Below, piece after piece: positions 43,189 through 55,925 of a stretch of 64,000 nt of DNA; position 1 is the first letter of the stretch; the number at the start of each line of letters is the position of its first letter. The translations under genes and the position numbers were made by a program. This DNA is from an uncultured Nitrososphaeraceae archaeon (GTDB lineage Archaea > Thermoproteota > Nitrososphaeria > Nitrososphaerales > Nitrososphaeraceae). The DNA is taken from assembly GCA_963729045.1 (NCBI GenBank), contig CAVSMN010000012.1, positions 64,001-128,000 on the forward strand, read 5' to 3'. The notes below the pieces were generated by a model that searched no databases, was not told the origin of the DNA, and was given only the letters and a program-made list of their open reading frames with translations.

Positions 43189-43320
43189 TCAGGTAGTCCA
43201 TTGACCAATTCTTTCGCATTTAGGACACTGTCTTCTATTGATAAATTGCTCTACGGTTTCGTCGATTTCTGGCTCAATAATAATTTGTTCTCCACAATAA
43301 CATTTCATCATTTCAAGCAT
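43189..43320 (-). CDS. Zinc-ribbon microprotein (43 aa); not in ORF track
   Basis: MLEMMKCYCGEQIIIEPEIDETVEQFINRRQCPKCERIGQWTT* has CxCG and CPKC. Confidence 0.6.
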   Translation of the reverse strand: MLEMMKCYCGEQIIIEPEIDETVEQFINRRQCPKCERIGQWTT

Positions 43321-43626
43321 ATACATAGCCAAACTTCCTATGTATTATAGTTTATTTCAAATATCGACTATATGGACACTAATAGCAGAGGTTATTCTAA
43401 AACAAGGAAATGATCCAAATGCACGACCTTAATAATCCGAGGGCATTCTATCTTGAAGAGAATACAATTACCATCACAATTTGACAAATCATGAAAACCC
43501 TGGTGCTATTCTTGTAAAAATTTTGCCATTTAAGACTTGACAGGTGTTTTGCAAGCTCTTTGTTTAACCGTGTTAAATCAATTATCGAAACTAAACAGCT
43601 TATTATATTTTGTTGAACATTTAAAT

Positions 43627-43800
43627 ATGAACAGCAGATTGTCAAACGAAAATAATGAAAATCTAGAGGAATCGCAAGAGAACCAAAAAAAAATTGGTTC
43701 TGCTGAGAAAGACCCACAAACAACTGGCCCATCTGAAAACCTTAGAGAAGAAGCACTCGAAGAGACCGATACAGAAAACACGGATAAGGAGCCAGCTTAA
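43627..43800 (+). CDS. Small acidic hydrophilic protein
   Basis: MNSRLSNENNENLEESQEN...EKDPQTTGPSENLREEALEE; T-tract follows. Confidence 0.6.
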   Translation: MNSRLSNENNENLEESQENQKKIGSAEKDPQTTGPSENLREEALEETDTENTDKEPA

Positions 43801-44288
43801 TCTTTTTTTAGCTTACATCACCGCAGTGTTGATGCGCGTAATCATATAATTGGTAAAGATATATGAAATAGTAAAGAATTGATACCAAAATAAACTAAAT
43901 TCAATTGATGAGCCATTTTTATTGATATTGATAATAGTGTTTGACTATACCTTATTATTTACCTGCCTCTACTTTCTTGATTTTACATATACAGAAAATA
44001 ATTATTGTATGTTGAATTTAATTCTGAAATTAATAGTCGAGGCTAAATACTGTAAAATGTTAATTGTTAATCTAGGTTTTTTAATAAAATAACATCTATT
44101 TTATTAATTTCTTGCTTAAGCAAAAATTTTGATATTTTTATATCTACTCTGAAGATGATATGTAAGATCGTGATATCGATATCAAGTATCATCTATAAAG
44201 AGCACATCCAAATAGGTAGGGTTAAGCACAACAGATTTAAATAAACCGTCGATGCTCCTTTCAAAGATAAGAAATTTTTAACTTAGAC

Positions 44289-45494
44289 TTGTACAAGATT
44301 AAGGAGGCTCAAAACCTACTAACAAAATATGACATCAGGAGGACAGATTTGATAAAATCTGCAACTTTTTCTAAATTAAATGGTAACAACGTATATCTGA
44401 AACTTGAATGCCTTCAGAAAACTGGGTCTTTTAAAGTTAGAGGTGCGATGGTAAAAATTCATAATATGTCAGATGAGTTAAAAAAGAATGGGGTAATTGC
44501 AGCGTCGGCTGGAAATCATGCTCAAGCAGTAGCTTTTGCTTCTAAATTTTATAATATTTCTTGCACTATTATTATGCCCAAAAATGCATCTCCTAGTAAA
44601 ATTGTTGCCACAAAGTCATACGGGGCCAAAGTGATTTTGGAAGGAAACAACTACGATGAGTCTGCTAGTTCTGTCAAAGATTATGCAGAAAAGGAAAATA
44701 AAACTATTATTCCTGCTTTTGAAGATCCAGACATAATTTCTGGACAAGGAACAATCGGCTTGGAAATTATGGAAGACTTAGAAGAAGTAGATGAGGTTTA
44801 TGTTCCTATAGGAGGCGGCGGTTTGATTGCGGGAATATCGATTGCAATAAAATCAATCAATCCGAGAGTCAAAATTATTGGTGTTGAATCTACTGCTTTT
44901 CCGACTATGAAAAAATCAATTTCTACAAATAAGATAACAAAAGCAAAAGAAGGTTACACAATAGCTGATGGTATATCTATCAAATCTCCTGGTAAACTTA
45001 CTTTTGAAATCGTAAAAAAACATGTTGATAATATTGTATTGATAGATGATAGTGCAATTGTAAAGACGATGTTTTTATTGATGGAACGATCAAAAATCGT
45101 ATCAGAACCTGCTGGTGCAGCTGCTCTTGCTTACCTTATTTCGAAGAAGAAAAGCAGGGAACAAGGTAAGAATTTGGTCTCTATCATTTCTGGTGGAAAT
45201 GTAGACATGTATCTTTTGGGACAAATCGTTGCAAAAGGCTTGATGCAAACAGGTAGATTATTGAAAATATTTGTAGATCTTAATGACAAACCTGGAGCCC
45301 TGAAAAAAATTGTTGATGAAATTTCAAAGGCTAGTGTGAATATAGTGGAAGTAGAACATGATCGACTTAGTTCAAATATTCCTGCTGGTACTGCAGGTGT
45401 ATACTTGAGTTTGGAGTTAGAGAGCAAGAACCAAGCCAATACATTATTAGATTTATTTAGAAAAGAAAAAATAAATTTTGAAATAGTACAATAG
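44289..45494 (+). CDS. ilvA: Threonine ammonia-lyase with C-terminal ACT domain
   Basis: LQKTGSFKVRGA, ASAGNHAQ, PIGGGGL, ISGGN and DKPGAL. Confidence 0.93.
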   Translation: MYKIKEAQNLLTKYDIRRTDLIKSATFSKLNGNNVYLKLECLQKTGSFKVRGAMVKIHNMSDELKKNGVIAASAGNHAQAVAFASKFYNISCTIIMPKNASPSKIVATKSYGAKVILEGNNYDESASSVKDYAEKENKTIIPAFEDPDIISGQGTIGLEIMEDLEEVDEVYVPIGGGGLIAGISIAIKSINPRVKIIGVESTAFPTMKKSISTNKITKAKEGYTIADGISIKSPGKLTFEIVKKHVDNIVLIDDSAIVKTMFLLMERSKIVSEPAGAAALAYLISKKKSREQGKNLVSIISGGNVDMYLLGQIVAKGLMQTGRLLKIFVDLNDKPGALKKIVDEISKASVNIVEVEHDRLSSNIPAGTAGVYLSLELESKNQANTLLDLFRKEKINFEIVQ

Positions 45495-45549
45495 GACTAA
45501 AAGTCCTACACTTATTATATGTGCTCACAAAAAATATGATTTTTGGCTA

Positions 45550-46350
45550 CTAAATTAGTACCGTTCCACCATCTATAACGATTGTATTCCCAGTTGCATA
45601 GGAGAAATTATCGTCTGCTAGGGTCGCAGCAACCTTTGCGACTTCTTTAGGTTTACCCCATCTTTTCATAGGTGATTCCAGAGCGGCCTTTATTATTATT
45701 TGTTCAGTCATTGAATCTAATGTAGCAGGTGTAGCAATATTGCCTAAAGCCAGGGTATATGCTCTTATGCCAAAGCTACTGTACTCCTTGGCGATACATT
45801 TTGTCAATGTTATGTTTCCAGATTTTGCGATGGAATATGGGAAACCTCCCACACGTCCGGAAATAGCCGGAGTAGAGGAAATATTAATTATAACACCGCC
45901 GCCGGCTTTTCTATCTCCTGTTATGTTACCATTTTGGCTTTCATTAGATGAATTTTTTATCATTATTGGAAGGACAGCTCGACAAAGTCTTATTGACCCA
46001 AACAAGTCGACGCTAATTATCTTTTCAAGCTCGTCATTTGATCCCTCATGTATTTTCTTGTTCCATATTGTATCGTCATATGGATAGCCAGAATTATTTA
46101 CCAGGATGTCAATCTTATGATATCTGTTCATAACGATTTTGATAAATTCTGTTACGCTTGATTCATTGGTGACGTCGACTTCGAGTGCAAGTGCTGTACC
46201 TCCTATCTTTGCGGCAGCAGTCTTGGATTGATCTAGATTTCGAGAACATACTATGACTATAGCGCCTCTCTCTGAAAATTCCTTTGCTATCTCAAATCCA
46301 ATACCTTTACTTGAACCAGTAACTATGGCTACTTTGTCTAAAAGTGACAT
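45550..46350 (-). CDS. SDR family NAD(P)-dependent oxidoreductase
   Basis: TGSSKGIG, LVNNSG, YSIAK (YxxxK) and IDGG. Confidence 0.92.
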   Translation of the reverse strand: MSLLDKVAIVTGSSKGIGFEIAKEFSERGAIVIVCSRNLDQSKTAAAKIGGTALALEVDVTNESSVTEFIKIVMNRYHKIDILVNNSGYPYDDTIWNKKIHEGSNDELEKIISVDLFGSIRLCRAVLPIMIKNSSNESQNGNITGDRKAGGGVIINISSTPAISGRVGGFPYSIAKSGNITLTKCIAKEYSSFGIRAYTLALGNIATPATLDSMTEQIIIKAALESPMKRWGKPKEVAKVAATLADDNFSYATGNTIVIDGGTVLI

Positions 46351-46597
46351 TTTACTAATATGATCATATAATCTTTATATTTGATACTTTACCAATTACT
46401 CCAATAGCTGATACAACAAGTCTCTGATGGATAATAATAAAGTTTAGTCAAAAACAAAGGATGTTTGAATAAAGAAAATCATGCTAAATTAAAAAGTTTC
46501 ACTGCAGTGAAATCTTTAGCAATGGAATTGGCCAACCTTTGATGTGGTTACGGTCTTAAATCCAACAAACTAATATTTAAAAAAAGCATCCAAACAG

Positions 46598-47605
46598 CTA
46601 ATCCTTTGAAGTAGGGCTAGTATTTGAATTGTTAAATATGTCCTCTTTAGTAAAAATCCATTGTTTACGCTTAAAAAAAATCAATAGCAATATCGAAATT
46701 AATGCCATTGTAACTAGGACTATTAACAACCCTTGAGGGATATCACTTAATTTTGTCAAGTCCAATCCGTTCATTCCGTATATTCCTGCTATAAGGGTTA
46801 AGGGTAGAAGTATTACACTAAAAACGGTTAGGATCCGCATTGTATCATTAAGTTGTAACGAGATATTTGCCATGTATAGATCTCGTGTTGAATTAATAGT
46901 ATCTCCATATGATTCTACCAAGTCAATCAGCTGTCCTATGTCATCATATGCAATTTGTAAATACCTAATTTCATTGTCTTGGTTCTGCGTATGAGTTAGA
47001 AAGTTTATAGCGTCTCTTGTATACCAAAAATGCCTTCTTATTACTATAGTTTGTTTTGCCACCACATCCAAATAATTGAGCATATTTTTTGAAGGCTTTT
47101 TGTATAATGATTTTTGTTCAAAATCTGTGATAGTAAGCTCAATTGCAGTTAATATCTGTTCATATCTTGATATTATTTCGTCTATAATTGTATAATAAAG
47201 TGCATTAATATTTGAGGCAAATAATTTTGTGTTCTTCTTTTCTAGAATATCTTTAACGGTTGAAAATATTTTGACTTCAGATGAATGTATAGTAATTATC
47301 CAATTCTGGCCAACATAAATATAGATACCTTCTACTATCAATTGTTTAATAGTTTTAAACCGGATATCTAATATTATGCTAAATATGTAATTATCAAGCA
47401 TTCTTATTTGAGGTTTCTTTGTTTTTTGACCAATCAGCCTTAGACTATCTTCATCTAGATCATATTCTTTCGCAATAGATTGAAGGTCTTCAGGGGATGG
47501 ATCACATATATCAATCCATAATTTGTCGGATTCTGAGTCTGATGATCTTACCTGTTCTTTTCTTATTCCCTTCGAATTATAGTAAATATGTTGCTTTGCT
47601 TGCAA
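46598..47605 (-). CDS. corA: CorA family Mg2+/Co2+ transporter
   Basis: LPLTLIAGIYGMN signature with two C-terminal TM helices. Confidence 0.92.
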   Translation of the reverse strand: MQAKQHIYYNSKGIRKEQVRSSDSESDKLWIDICDPSPEDLQSIAKEYDLDEDSLRLIGQKTKKPQIRMLDNYIFSIILDIRFKTIKQLIVEGIYIYVGQNWIITIHSSEVKIFSTVKDILEKKNTKLFASNINALYYTIIDEIISRYEQILTAIELTITDFEQKSLYKKPSKNMLNYLDVVAKQTIVIRRHFWYTRDAINFLTHTQNQDNEIRYLQIAYDDIGQLIDLVESYGDTINSTRDLYMANISLQLNDTMRILTVFSVILLPLTLIAGIYGMNGLDLTKLSDIPQGLLIVLVTMALISILLLIFFKRKQWIFTKEDIFNNSNTSPTSKD

Positions 47606-47700
47606 GGATTTGGTTTCTGATGGTATAGGATAAGAACATCTGATATTAACATGTCGTTTCTTGGTTGCATTTCTTTTATATTCACTTTTTTTATTTTAGA

Positions 47701-48072
47701 TTATTTATCAGGATACTTTTCTTTTAAATTATTCATAAATTGACTGTAGTCATCCTTGGACATTTCTAACTCCAATAGTTTCTCTAAAATTTTCTCTTTT
47801 CTTTCTTCACCTATTCTGTCTTGCGGAGAAGCCACAGCAAACAAAATCATGAGGCCACCTATCTGCCATGATAACTGTAAAAATTCAGATTGCCAATTCT
47901 CCATAGTTTGTCTAATGAACTCATTCCAAAAGAGATTCATTGCAACTGGTTGACCATGTTCGTACTGTTCTTCTATAAATTGATTATATGCAGTAATTCC
48001 GTGTAGAAGCCATGTTATTGCAAAAAACATAATAGTAACGTACAGATAACCTCGTTTCTTGAATTCTCTCAT
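47701..48072 (-). CDS. Small membrane protein, DUF6766-like
   Basis: ENWQSEFLQ motif between hydrophobic segments. Confidence 0.65.
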   Translation of the reverse strand: MREFKKRGYLYVTIMFFAITWLLHGITAYNQFIEEQYEHGQPVAMNLFWNEFIRQTMENWQSEFLQLSWQIGGLMILFAVASPQDRIGEERKEKILEKLLELEMSKDDYSQFMNNLKEKYPDK

Positions 48073-48252
48073 GTAAAATAAATATCAACTTTGTTAAAAT
48101 ACTGTTATGAAAATTTATTTATCGGCAACAAGGCCACATTGCTAAAAATATTAGTTTATCAAATTAGTTATTTTGTCTTAAACATTAAAAAATCGAAAAA
48201 GAATTAGAAATATAGAAAAGGTGTTGATGAATGTATATTTTAGTTCCTATAG

Positions 48253-48696
48253 TTATCTTAATCCTAATGCATCCTTCAAATCTATCTCGTGATCTTGTTC
48301 TTGGGCAATAATTCCTCTCAGAATTTCTGATAAAGCATATTCACCTGCTTGTTCGGCCTGTCTGATTCTTTCTCTGTAGTTTTTTATGGTTTCCTGTTCT
48401 GCACGAAGATCAATTTCTAACATTTCTTTTGGATTCTCAGATGATTCAGCTTCTTTACCCTTTGTTGTAGGGGTTCCACCCAAATAATCAATTTGTTTTG
48501 CAACCTTTAACGCATGTTGTAATTCATCAGATGCATGCTTTTCTAATTGAGCTGCAATATTTCCATATTCTGCACCTTTTAAAGTAGAACTAAATACTAC
48601 ATACTGAATTATTGCTTTATATTCTCTGGCAAGATCCTCATTTAGTCCATTAATAATTGACTTCTTATCTGTAGATGAAATATTTTCGCTAGTCAC
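48253..48696 (-). CDS. Ferritin-like (bacterioferritin/Dps-like) protein
   Basis: EYKAIIQY, DELQHA, LGGTP, EQETIKNY and QEQDH di-iron motifs. Confidence 0.88.
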   Translation of the reverse strand: MTSENISSTDKKSIINGLNEDLAREYKAIIQYVVFSSTLKGAEYGNIAAQLEKHASDELQHALKVAKQIDYLGGTPTTKGKEAESSENPKEMLEIDLRAEQETIKNYRERIRQAEQAGEYALSEILRGIIAQEQDHEIDLKDALGLR

Positions 48697-49147
48697 GGAT
48701 CACCATATATCACAAACAATATAAACACCATATAACAAAAAAATTAAGATTAATTAATCCTTCTATTTTTTCAATCTTGTTCAAATTGATTTAGCTTTAT
48801 ATGCTCAGAAGGTTCTGTAAGACAGAATCTTTAGTTTGTTAATGGCATAATTAAGCAACTTCGTCTGTATGTTGATATGTTTTAATGTTGTCAGAAAAAA
48901 ATTCCCTCAGGAGGGTTAAATTAAAAGTGACAAGTAGAATTTATATTATAATTGGATTCTAATACAGTTTATCTACACCATCCTATTTCTCCAAACTGGC
49001 ATGCATTTTGTAAATATGACTAAGTATTAGGATTATAGGATATTCAAAAAAGATAATCATAGGGGTAGTAGATCATTAAACCCATAATCTTTAGACCATG
49101 ATTATAAAGCCATCGGAGGCATCAATAATATGGGTTCAAATATTCCA

Positions 49148-50941
49148 TTAAACATCTGACACCGGAAGTTTGGTATTAGCTGGTCCATTTATTACTTCAC
49201 CATTATTATAGAACCGCGATCCATGACAAGGACAATCAAATGATGTTTCTAGGGGATTCCATGTTAAGGTACATCCTAGATGAGTGCATTTAGCTGAATA
49301 TGCATGAATTTGTCCGTGTTTATCTTTGAAGATTGCAATTGGATTTTTTGGATCGTCATCAATAATAGCTCCTTCGTTTAATAAAAGAGATTCAATTTTG
49401 GATTTGTTTTGGAAATTATTAATTGAAGTGGGATTATCCTCAGACTTCTGATTTGATTTGCTATTGCTGTTGTTGGTGTCCTTTTTTGTAGATTTGTTAT
49501 CTTCCTTGTTATCGATATTTCTAATTGTTCTAGAAGGATTGTACAACCAAGTCCATTTATTTTGTTTTTCCAGTATTAAATCAGACAATAGAATTCCTGC
49601 TATTGTTCCATAGGTCATTCCGTTACCAGAATCTCCGGTAGCAATATAGATTTTCTTATTCTTGACTTCGTTTTCACCATTAGGATTTTCACCTATAAAA
49701 GCTAATGAATCGATAGGTTCCATAACTTGTCCAGACCATTTATACAAAATCTTCTCAATTGGGAAGCGTTCTTTTGCCCATGCTTCAAGGAAAGTGTGTC
49801 TATCTTCAATGTCGTTTTCGTTACCCGTTTTATGATCTTCACCCCCTATAATTAGCAATTCATATTCATCAGTATTATTTTTCTTTTTCTCATTGTTGGA
49901 TTCCAGTTCATTGTTACTAGGATTGTTCGAAGAGTAAGCGTTCCGATCTTTTTCTAATTTTTGAATTCGAACATAATGATAGGGTTTGATAGTGTTTGTT
50001 GAATTCATATTCCCTGTATCCCAGTATAGGCCTTTTGGTACAGAACCCTTCTTTATCATCGCTCCAATCGCATAAGTTCTATATGGAATTTGTTTATCGT
50101 AAATTTTACTAACTTTATCTACAATGGGAGCGTTGGTTGCTATGATTATGTTTTTGGTATTGATCTGATAATCATCTGAAGTTTTTATACAATTTTCAGA
50201 AACTTCGTGTACATGAGTTTCCGTAAAGATTTCCCCATTATTAGTTAAAATTGATTTAGATAATCCTCGAAGATATTTTAACGGATGAAATTGAGCCTGA
50301 TGTGGAAACTTGACGCAAGGTCCTGTATCAAAAGAAGTCAATGGAGATCTGGGAATTAATTCAGTCAAAATCCCAGACCGACGGGTAGCTTCATATTCTT
50401 TTTCTAATGTTTCTCTATCATCTTCAGAGCTTAAGAACAGATACCCGTTTAGCCTCTCAAAATCACATTCTATTTTTTCATCCTCAACCACCGATTCTAT
50501 AAAATTAATGGCTTTAGTATGACTTTCAGCTGCCAAGACCGCTCCGTCTTTACCAAACAATTTCTCTAAATTAAAATATCTGTCATCTAGAGCATGAGTA
50601 AGATGAGCAGTAGTATGTCCAGTTTCACCACTACCAATATACCCATCTTCCAAAACAGCTACACTTTTACCTGCTTTTGATAGGTTATATGCCGCTGATA
50701 AACCGGCTATACCTCCTCCTATTATGGCAACATCTACTGTAATATTTCTCCTTAATTTATCAAATTTAAGGGGTTCATCAACCCCGGAAAACCAGGAAGA
50801 TAATTCATTGACATTAGTAGATGATTCTTTAAGGCTATCAACCATTTTCATGCTCAAATCTAATAGCATAACAAACTTTTTATGATCCATTCTTTTCTTA
50901 TCTTGAGGATCATTCAAAATACGAGATCTAAGATAAAGCAA
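49148..50941 (-). CDS. FAD-dependent oxidoreductase with C-terminal Rieske [2Fe-2S] domain (YhfW-like)
   Basis: [39 protein letters not shown] and DCPCHGSRF; true start probably near 50850. Confidence 0.9.
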   Translation of the reverse strand: MLYLRSRILNDPQDKKRMDHKKFVMLLDLSMKMVDSLKESSTNVNELSSWFSGVDEPLKFDKLRRNITVDVAIIGGGIAGLSAAYNLSKAGKSVAVLEDGYIGSGETGHTTAHLTHALDDRYFNLEKLFGKDGAVLAAESHTKAINFIESVVEDEKIECDFERLNGYLFLSSEDDRETLEKEYEATRRSGILTELIPRSPLTSFDTGPCVKFPHQAQFHPLKYLRGLSKSILTNNGEIFTETHVHEVSENCIKTSDDYQINTKNIIIATNAPIVDKVSKIYDKQIPYRTYAIGAMIKKGSVPKGLYWDTGNMNSTNTIKPYHYVRIQKLEKDRNAYSSNNPSNNELESNNEKKKNNTDEYELLIIGGEDHKTGNENDIEDRHTFLEAWAKERFPIEKILYKWSGQVMEPIDSLAFIGENPNGENEVKNKKIYIATGDSGNGMTYGTIAGILLSDLILEKQNKWTWLYNPSRTIRNIDNKEDNKSTKKDTNNSNSKSNQKSEDNPTSINNFQNKSKIESLLLNEGAIIDDDPKNPIAIFKDKHGQIHAYSAKCTHLGCTLTWNPLETSFDCPCHGSRFYNNGEVINGPANTKLPVSDV

Positions 50942-51451
50942 CTGTTAATGATATTTGTTTAATTAAATAGACAAGTATACAATCGGCTTCCAAAAAGTCA
51001 TTTTTCTACTGCCAATATAGTTTAAACAATCCATATGCAATCGGCTGATGATAATTATCTGATTCTATCATCTTTAATTAGCACTCATCTGCCACAAGGA
51101 ATTTAAATTCCACAAACGAGGACTATGCCGAATGCAGAGCCAATTTAATAGATTCGCCATAAATCTAAAATCTTGATGTGAATTGGGTAAATATTCCTCA
51201 TGTTTGTTACTGAAAACGAATTTGTCATATACATATATTTATCTCGTCAAATTTGATATTGCCGCACAAGGGCTCATTTTCGAAACCCCAGATCTATAAA
51301 GAAGGATGATGGAACCTAAAAATGTGATCCAATAATTCAATTAGCATGCATAGCAGTAAAGAAAACAAGCGGTTACTATGATGCTTTAATCCAATAATAT
51401 AGCACCATGATATTTGTTGTCATATTTATAATATGTTTAATAAATGAGATC

Positions 51452-52061
51452 ATGAGCTCAAATATTGATTGGATGGATGTAATAAAAAAAGAAGCAAGGG
51501 GATTAAACGATGCTGACTTTGGGGAAGTTCAAGAAGTTTCTAATGGTCTGGTTTTAACTCAAAGGGGTATTAGTAAATAGGGAACTTTTCAGTATTCCAC
51601 AAAGTGTAGTAGAAAGTTATGATGGAAAAGTTCTTAGATTTAATATATCTGAGATCGAAGCAGTCGACAAATATAAAAAACTTTTCGAGCCAAAACCACC
51701 AGAAGTTGCCACAAGGGCTGACGCTGAACTTGACAAAGCATCTATTAATACCGATTCAACGAAAATAGATGTAGCAATAGATGAGGCTGTAGATGATACT
51801 GTTAAGGATGCTCTTATCCAACCAACAAAAGAAGAAGCAGAATTAGAAACAGAAAAAGAAGTGGAAAAAGAAGTTGCGGCATTAAATAAGGAAACCGATA
51901 TAGAAAATGAGGCTGTTGACTCTACCACAACCAAGGACCAGATTCCTCCTGATAATACTTTCCAAGTTCCTACGCGTAAGAACGACAAGTCATCAAAACT
52001 TTTAATAGAAGATAATGAAGAAGAAACCCCCTTAAAGAAAGAAGAAGCAGGAATAGCCTGA
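51452..52061 (+). CDS. PRC-barrel-like domain plus acidic tail (+1 frameshift near 51573); only the tail is in the ORF track
   Basis: MSSNIDWMDVIKKEARGLNDADFGEVQEV...SIPQSVVESYDG is a paralog of 55117-55356; continues in frame into ORF 51861-52061. Confidence 0.7.
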
Positions 52062-52658
52062 AAATACATTTTATCATCGTTTATTTAGATACTCATCTAT
52101 TTCATTTACATTATCAATAGACCCATGCAAAGTTTAAATTAGAAAACAAATTTGGATTAGAAAGTATCAGATAAGAGGTCCCATTTAATTCTTTTAGAGA
52201 ATTTGCATAAAGGGATTTTTCATCCTCAATAGATGTTAACTCCCATTTCCTTGTTCAATCAATATTAAATAGCATTGAGAAAGATTCCTCTATCTTTGAC
52301 TGAAAGCCAAAGGCGTATGCTACGTATTATATCCTAATGACCTTAATTACATTTGCGCACAGAATTTTCTATTATATTAACTAGTATACAAGATAGATTC
52401 GCTATTTCAATGAGGGCTTAAAGTTAAATTGTCTCGGTTAATATTATCTTATATTTTATATAAAGTAAGGATTCATCATGGAATTTCTCAAAATTTTTAT
52501 TGGATGATACGCGATCAAGGTACGACACAAATCCCAGTCCTATATTACATTAAGAAAAAAATTAATTCGTATCAATAGTTTCATATTTTCTGCAGGCTGT
52601 CTATTAGTATTATAAGGAATAATTTAGAAGATTATAAGTCAATACTGTATTTATATTT

Positions 52659-54555
52659 TCATTTAGGTATACTAAACACAAAAGTAGAGCCAATTCCGTC
52701 ATTATTATTAAACGCCCAAATTCTTCCCCCATGAGCCTCGACTAATTTTCTGGTAATATACAGTCCTAGACCGGTTCCAAAATCAGAATCTGTAGTAAAC
52801 TTTTGAAATAATTTTGGCATCATCTTTGAAGATATTCCTTTACCAGTATCAGATATGCCAACATATACCATGTCCTTTCTTTTTCTTTCTTCATTTTCAA
52901 TTCTTTCTTGAATCAAGTTGTCTGGAGTTGTTACTATTATTAGTACTACCAGTGGTAGAGTTTGTATGATCTAATTCTTTCCTATCCATGTTAAAGCCAA
53001 AACTGTCGTTATCTTTGATAATTATATTAATGTCATCATCTTTTTTAGAAAACTTGATAGCATTATCTACCAAATTAATTAGGATTTGATTTAGTCTCAT
53101 TTTATCCGCATGAGCCCAACAATTCTCATCTAGACTATCGTTTATAAAATTTATTTTGATTCCTTTACCTCTTATTTTTTGGCTAAATTCAAACTCAACA
53201 ATATCATTAATCTCTTTAACTAATTCTATTTTCTCTCTTTGTAGTAATATATCACCACCATTATTTGACTCAAATCTTGCTACGTCCAAAAGATTATTTG
53301 TTAAAGTATTTAATCTGAATGCATTTCTGGAAATATTTTCATGGTGCTCATGAAGTTTTACCATGATTCTTGTTAGTTCCTCAACTGTCATATTTTTTCT
53401 ATTGCTCAGGTAATTATCAAACAATTCATCATTCATTTCAGAATATCCTGTAATGGCTTGGGTGGGAGTTCGCAATTCATGTGCTGCAGTGTTGATAAAT
53501 TCATCTTTAATATCGCCTTGTTGTTTTAGTTCTTCAGAAAGAACACTTTGATTATATATCAATTCAAATATAGAGGAATAAGATAACACTGTTGATGTAC
53601 TGTTAGAATAGATTGAGAAGCCTATTGAAGCAGTAGAATCATCTTTCTGTAAATGCTTTAGTTCAATAACTATTGCTTCTTTTTTGTCTACCACCAACGA
53701 TTTTATTTTAATGTCGATGCTTGGTGCAATGTCTTGAATTTGAATATTGTTGTTAATGGTCTGGGCTAAGAGGCGATGAGATAAAGATTCTCTAATCGAA
53801 GAATCCATTGGTACGAGAATATTTATATGAAGGTTTTTTTCTATGTCCGCCTTTTCTTTCAAAAGTTCCAGCACTCCCCTTTTCTCCTGAAAATGAAATG
53901 CACTAACAGTAGAATAAATTATTAGTATTTCATTAACTGCTTTTCTAATCATTTCAAATTCTTTTTTCTCTGCTTCATTGTAGTCATTTAAAATAGTGGT
54001 AACAGAAGAGATTACTCCTTCCTCTATTTCCCTTATCCTTTGTTCTGCGGGTATCCCCTTTTCCCAGAAACTTTCAAAAACGAATTGCTGTTGTTCTACT
54101 ATTTCAGGTACATTACTAAATATAAGTTGAGATATGGGTTGGGATTTCTTAAGAGTTGCAACCCCAATGTATTCTTTTTCATCTGATACTTCAAAGTTTC
54201 CTTTCATTCCTCCTAAATGCCTAATTTCAGAAAATGCTATCATATCTTTACAATATTTTAAATTGTCTGCGGTTATCTCTGTCACATATCTGAGTTTCAC
54301 GCCTCTCTTTTTGAATGCCGCAATTCTTGCATTCTTAATTGCTTGTGTTTCTATAATTACAGAAGGTGCATCAGCACTTACACAAGAATAAATCTTCTGA
54401 TTGGATCTGTTAATAAACTCTATGATTTGATGATTTGCTATTTCTGAACCATGAAATACTTTAGTAAATGTAATTTCTTCTTCAATACTTGAATTATCTA
54501 AATCTTTAATTTCAGAGTAATCAAATGCATCAGTATTTTTACTTTTTTTAATTAT
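52659..54555 (-). CDS. Soluble sensor histidine kinase (frameshift near 52900; 5' end uncertain)
   Basis: AAHELRTP H-box, NLVDNAIKF, DTGKG and GTGLGL; reading frame stays open ~85 codons upstream of 54300 without a canonical start. Confidence 0.85.
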
Positions 54556-55116
54556 TAATGCACACTCAAATCATTAGCATGATATACAGGATTAGTACTT
54601 TGGCACATACTATTTTATAACAATCGTATTATAATAATATATTAGCGAGACTTACAATCCGCACTTTTTTTATTGGAATACTCGATAGCTTTAACTCAAG
54701 CAACTAAGAGTTTCAAAGTAGTAAATGTATAATCAGTCTTGTATTATTCCCTTCGATCATATAAACAACTGGAAAATGAATGATATTGAACATTTATTTA
54801 ATTCAATTGTTAGTTCATTTCTATTGTATTTCTCTCATAATCACTGGACCCATATGTCAACAAAATTCATCTAATTACTATCTATTTAATATTATCAAAC
54901 TCCTACAGAAAACATAGTCGCTCGTTATTATTTGGGCTTAATATAATAAGGCCAATAATTTATACGTTATATTCGTACTTGCTATCATTGTAATCTTTTT
55001 GAAAACTTCAGAAATGAAATGGAAATGTCAGATTTGAATATTAACCTGATTTTGGATTATTATCTCTATTAAAGATTATGGTGTATCTATTTAAATGATA
55101 TTAAATAATATCAATC

Positions 55117-55356
55117 ATGAGTAACACCAATATTGACTGGAACGATGTAATTAAGAAAGAGGCCAGAGGTATCAATGACGCTGATCTTGGAGAAGTACAG
55201 GAAATCCGACTAGATAATGTTATTACAAAAGCTGGTGTAGTGGACAAAGAAGTATATTCAATTCCTAAAAATCTAGTTGAAAGATATGATGGACATAATT
55301 TATGGTTTAGGGTAACAAAGGAAGACGCTGAGAATATCTATAAAATAAAAGATTAG
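55117..55356 (+). CDS. Small PRC-barrel-like protein
   Basis: DWNDVIKKEARGINDADLGEVQE...YSIPKNLVERYDG; fold call is an inference. Confidence 0.75.
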   Translation: MSNTNIDWNDVIKKEARGINDADLGEVQEIRLDNVITKAGVVDKEVYSIPKNLVERYDGHNLWFRVTKEDAENIYKIKD

Positions 55357-55925
55357 GATTTACATAAATCATTATTTATTTTCTTTCAATAATTAAAATT
55401 ATCAAACATATAGAAATATCTTATGATGGGTCCTAACAGAGAACCGTATCTATATAATTTTATTATTGTTGAATTCGATGCCACTTTAACTTACCGGTAA
55501 ATATAAGAGATCTAGAAATTTAAAATTTAATTTGGAAAAACTATTGGAACCTTACTATTACTATGATCTTTATTTCAATCGATGAGGACTGACAAAATAT
55601 AAAATTTTATGAATCATTTATTTCTGTCCAATTCAATTCAACCTTTTCAAATATTTATTTATATTAATACGCTTTAGAATGGGGTATTATCTTATATGGT
55701 TTTAAAACAAGTGTAATAAAATTAAATCTAAGTTCAGAATGTTCCATTTTATTTGTTAAATACAATGAACGATCCGATTCATTACACTGAAAAATTGATA
55801 AATTTAAAGATCAATGACTTGTGGGCACATAAGATATGAAATGAAAAACTTATCAGTGTGTTGATAAGGAATTCGAATCAAGATCAATTGTTTAACCTAA
55901 TAAAACATAATATACTAAAAAATCT

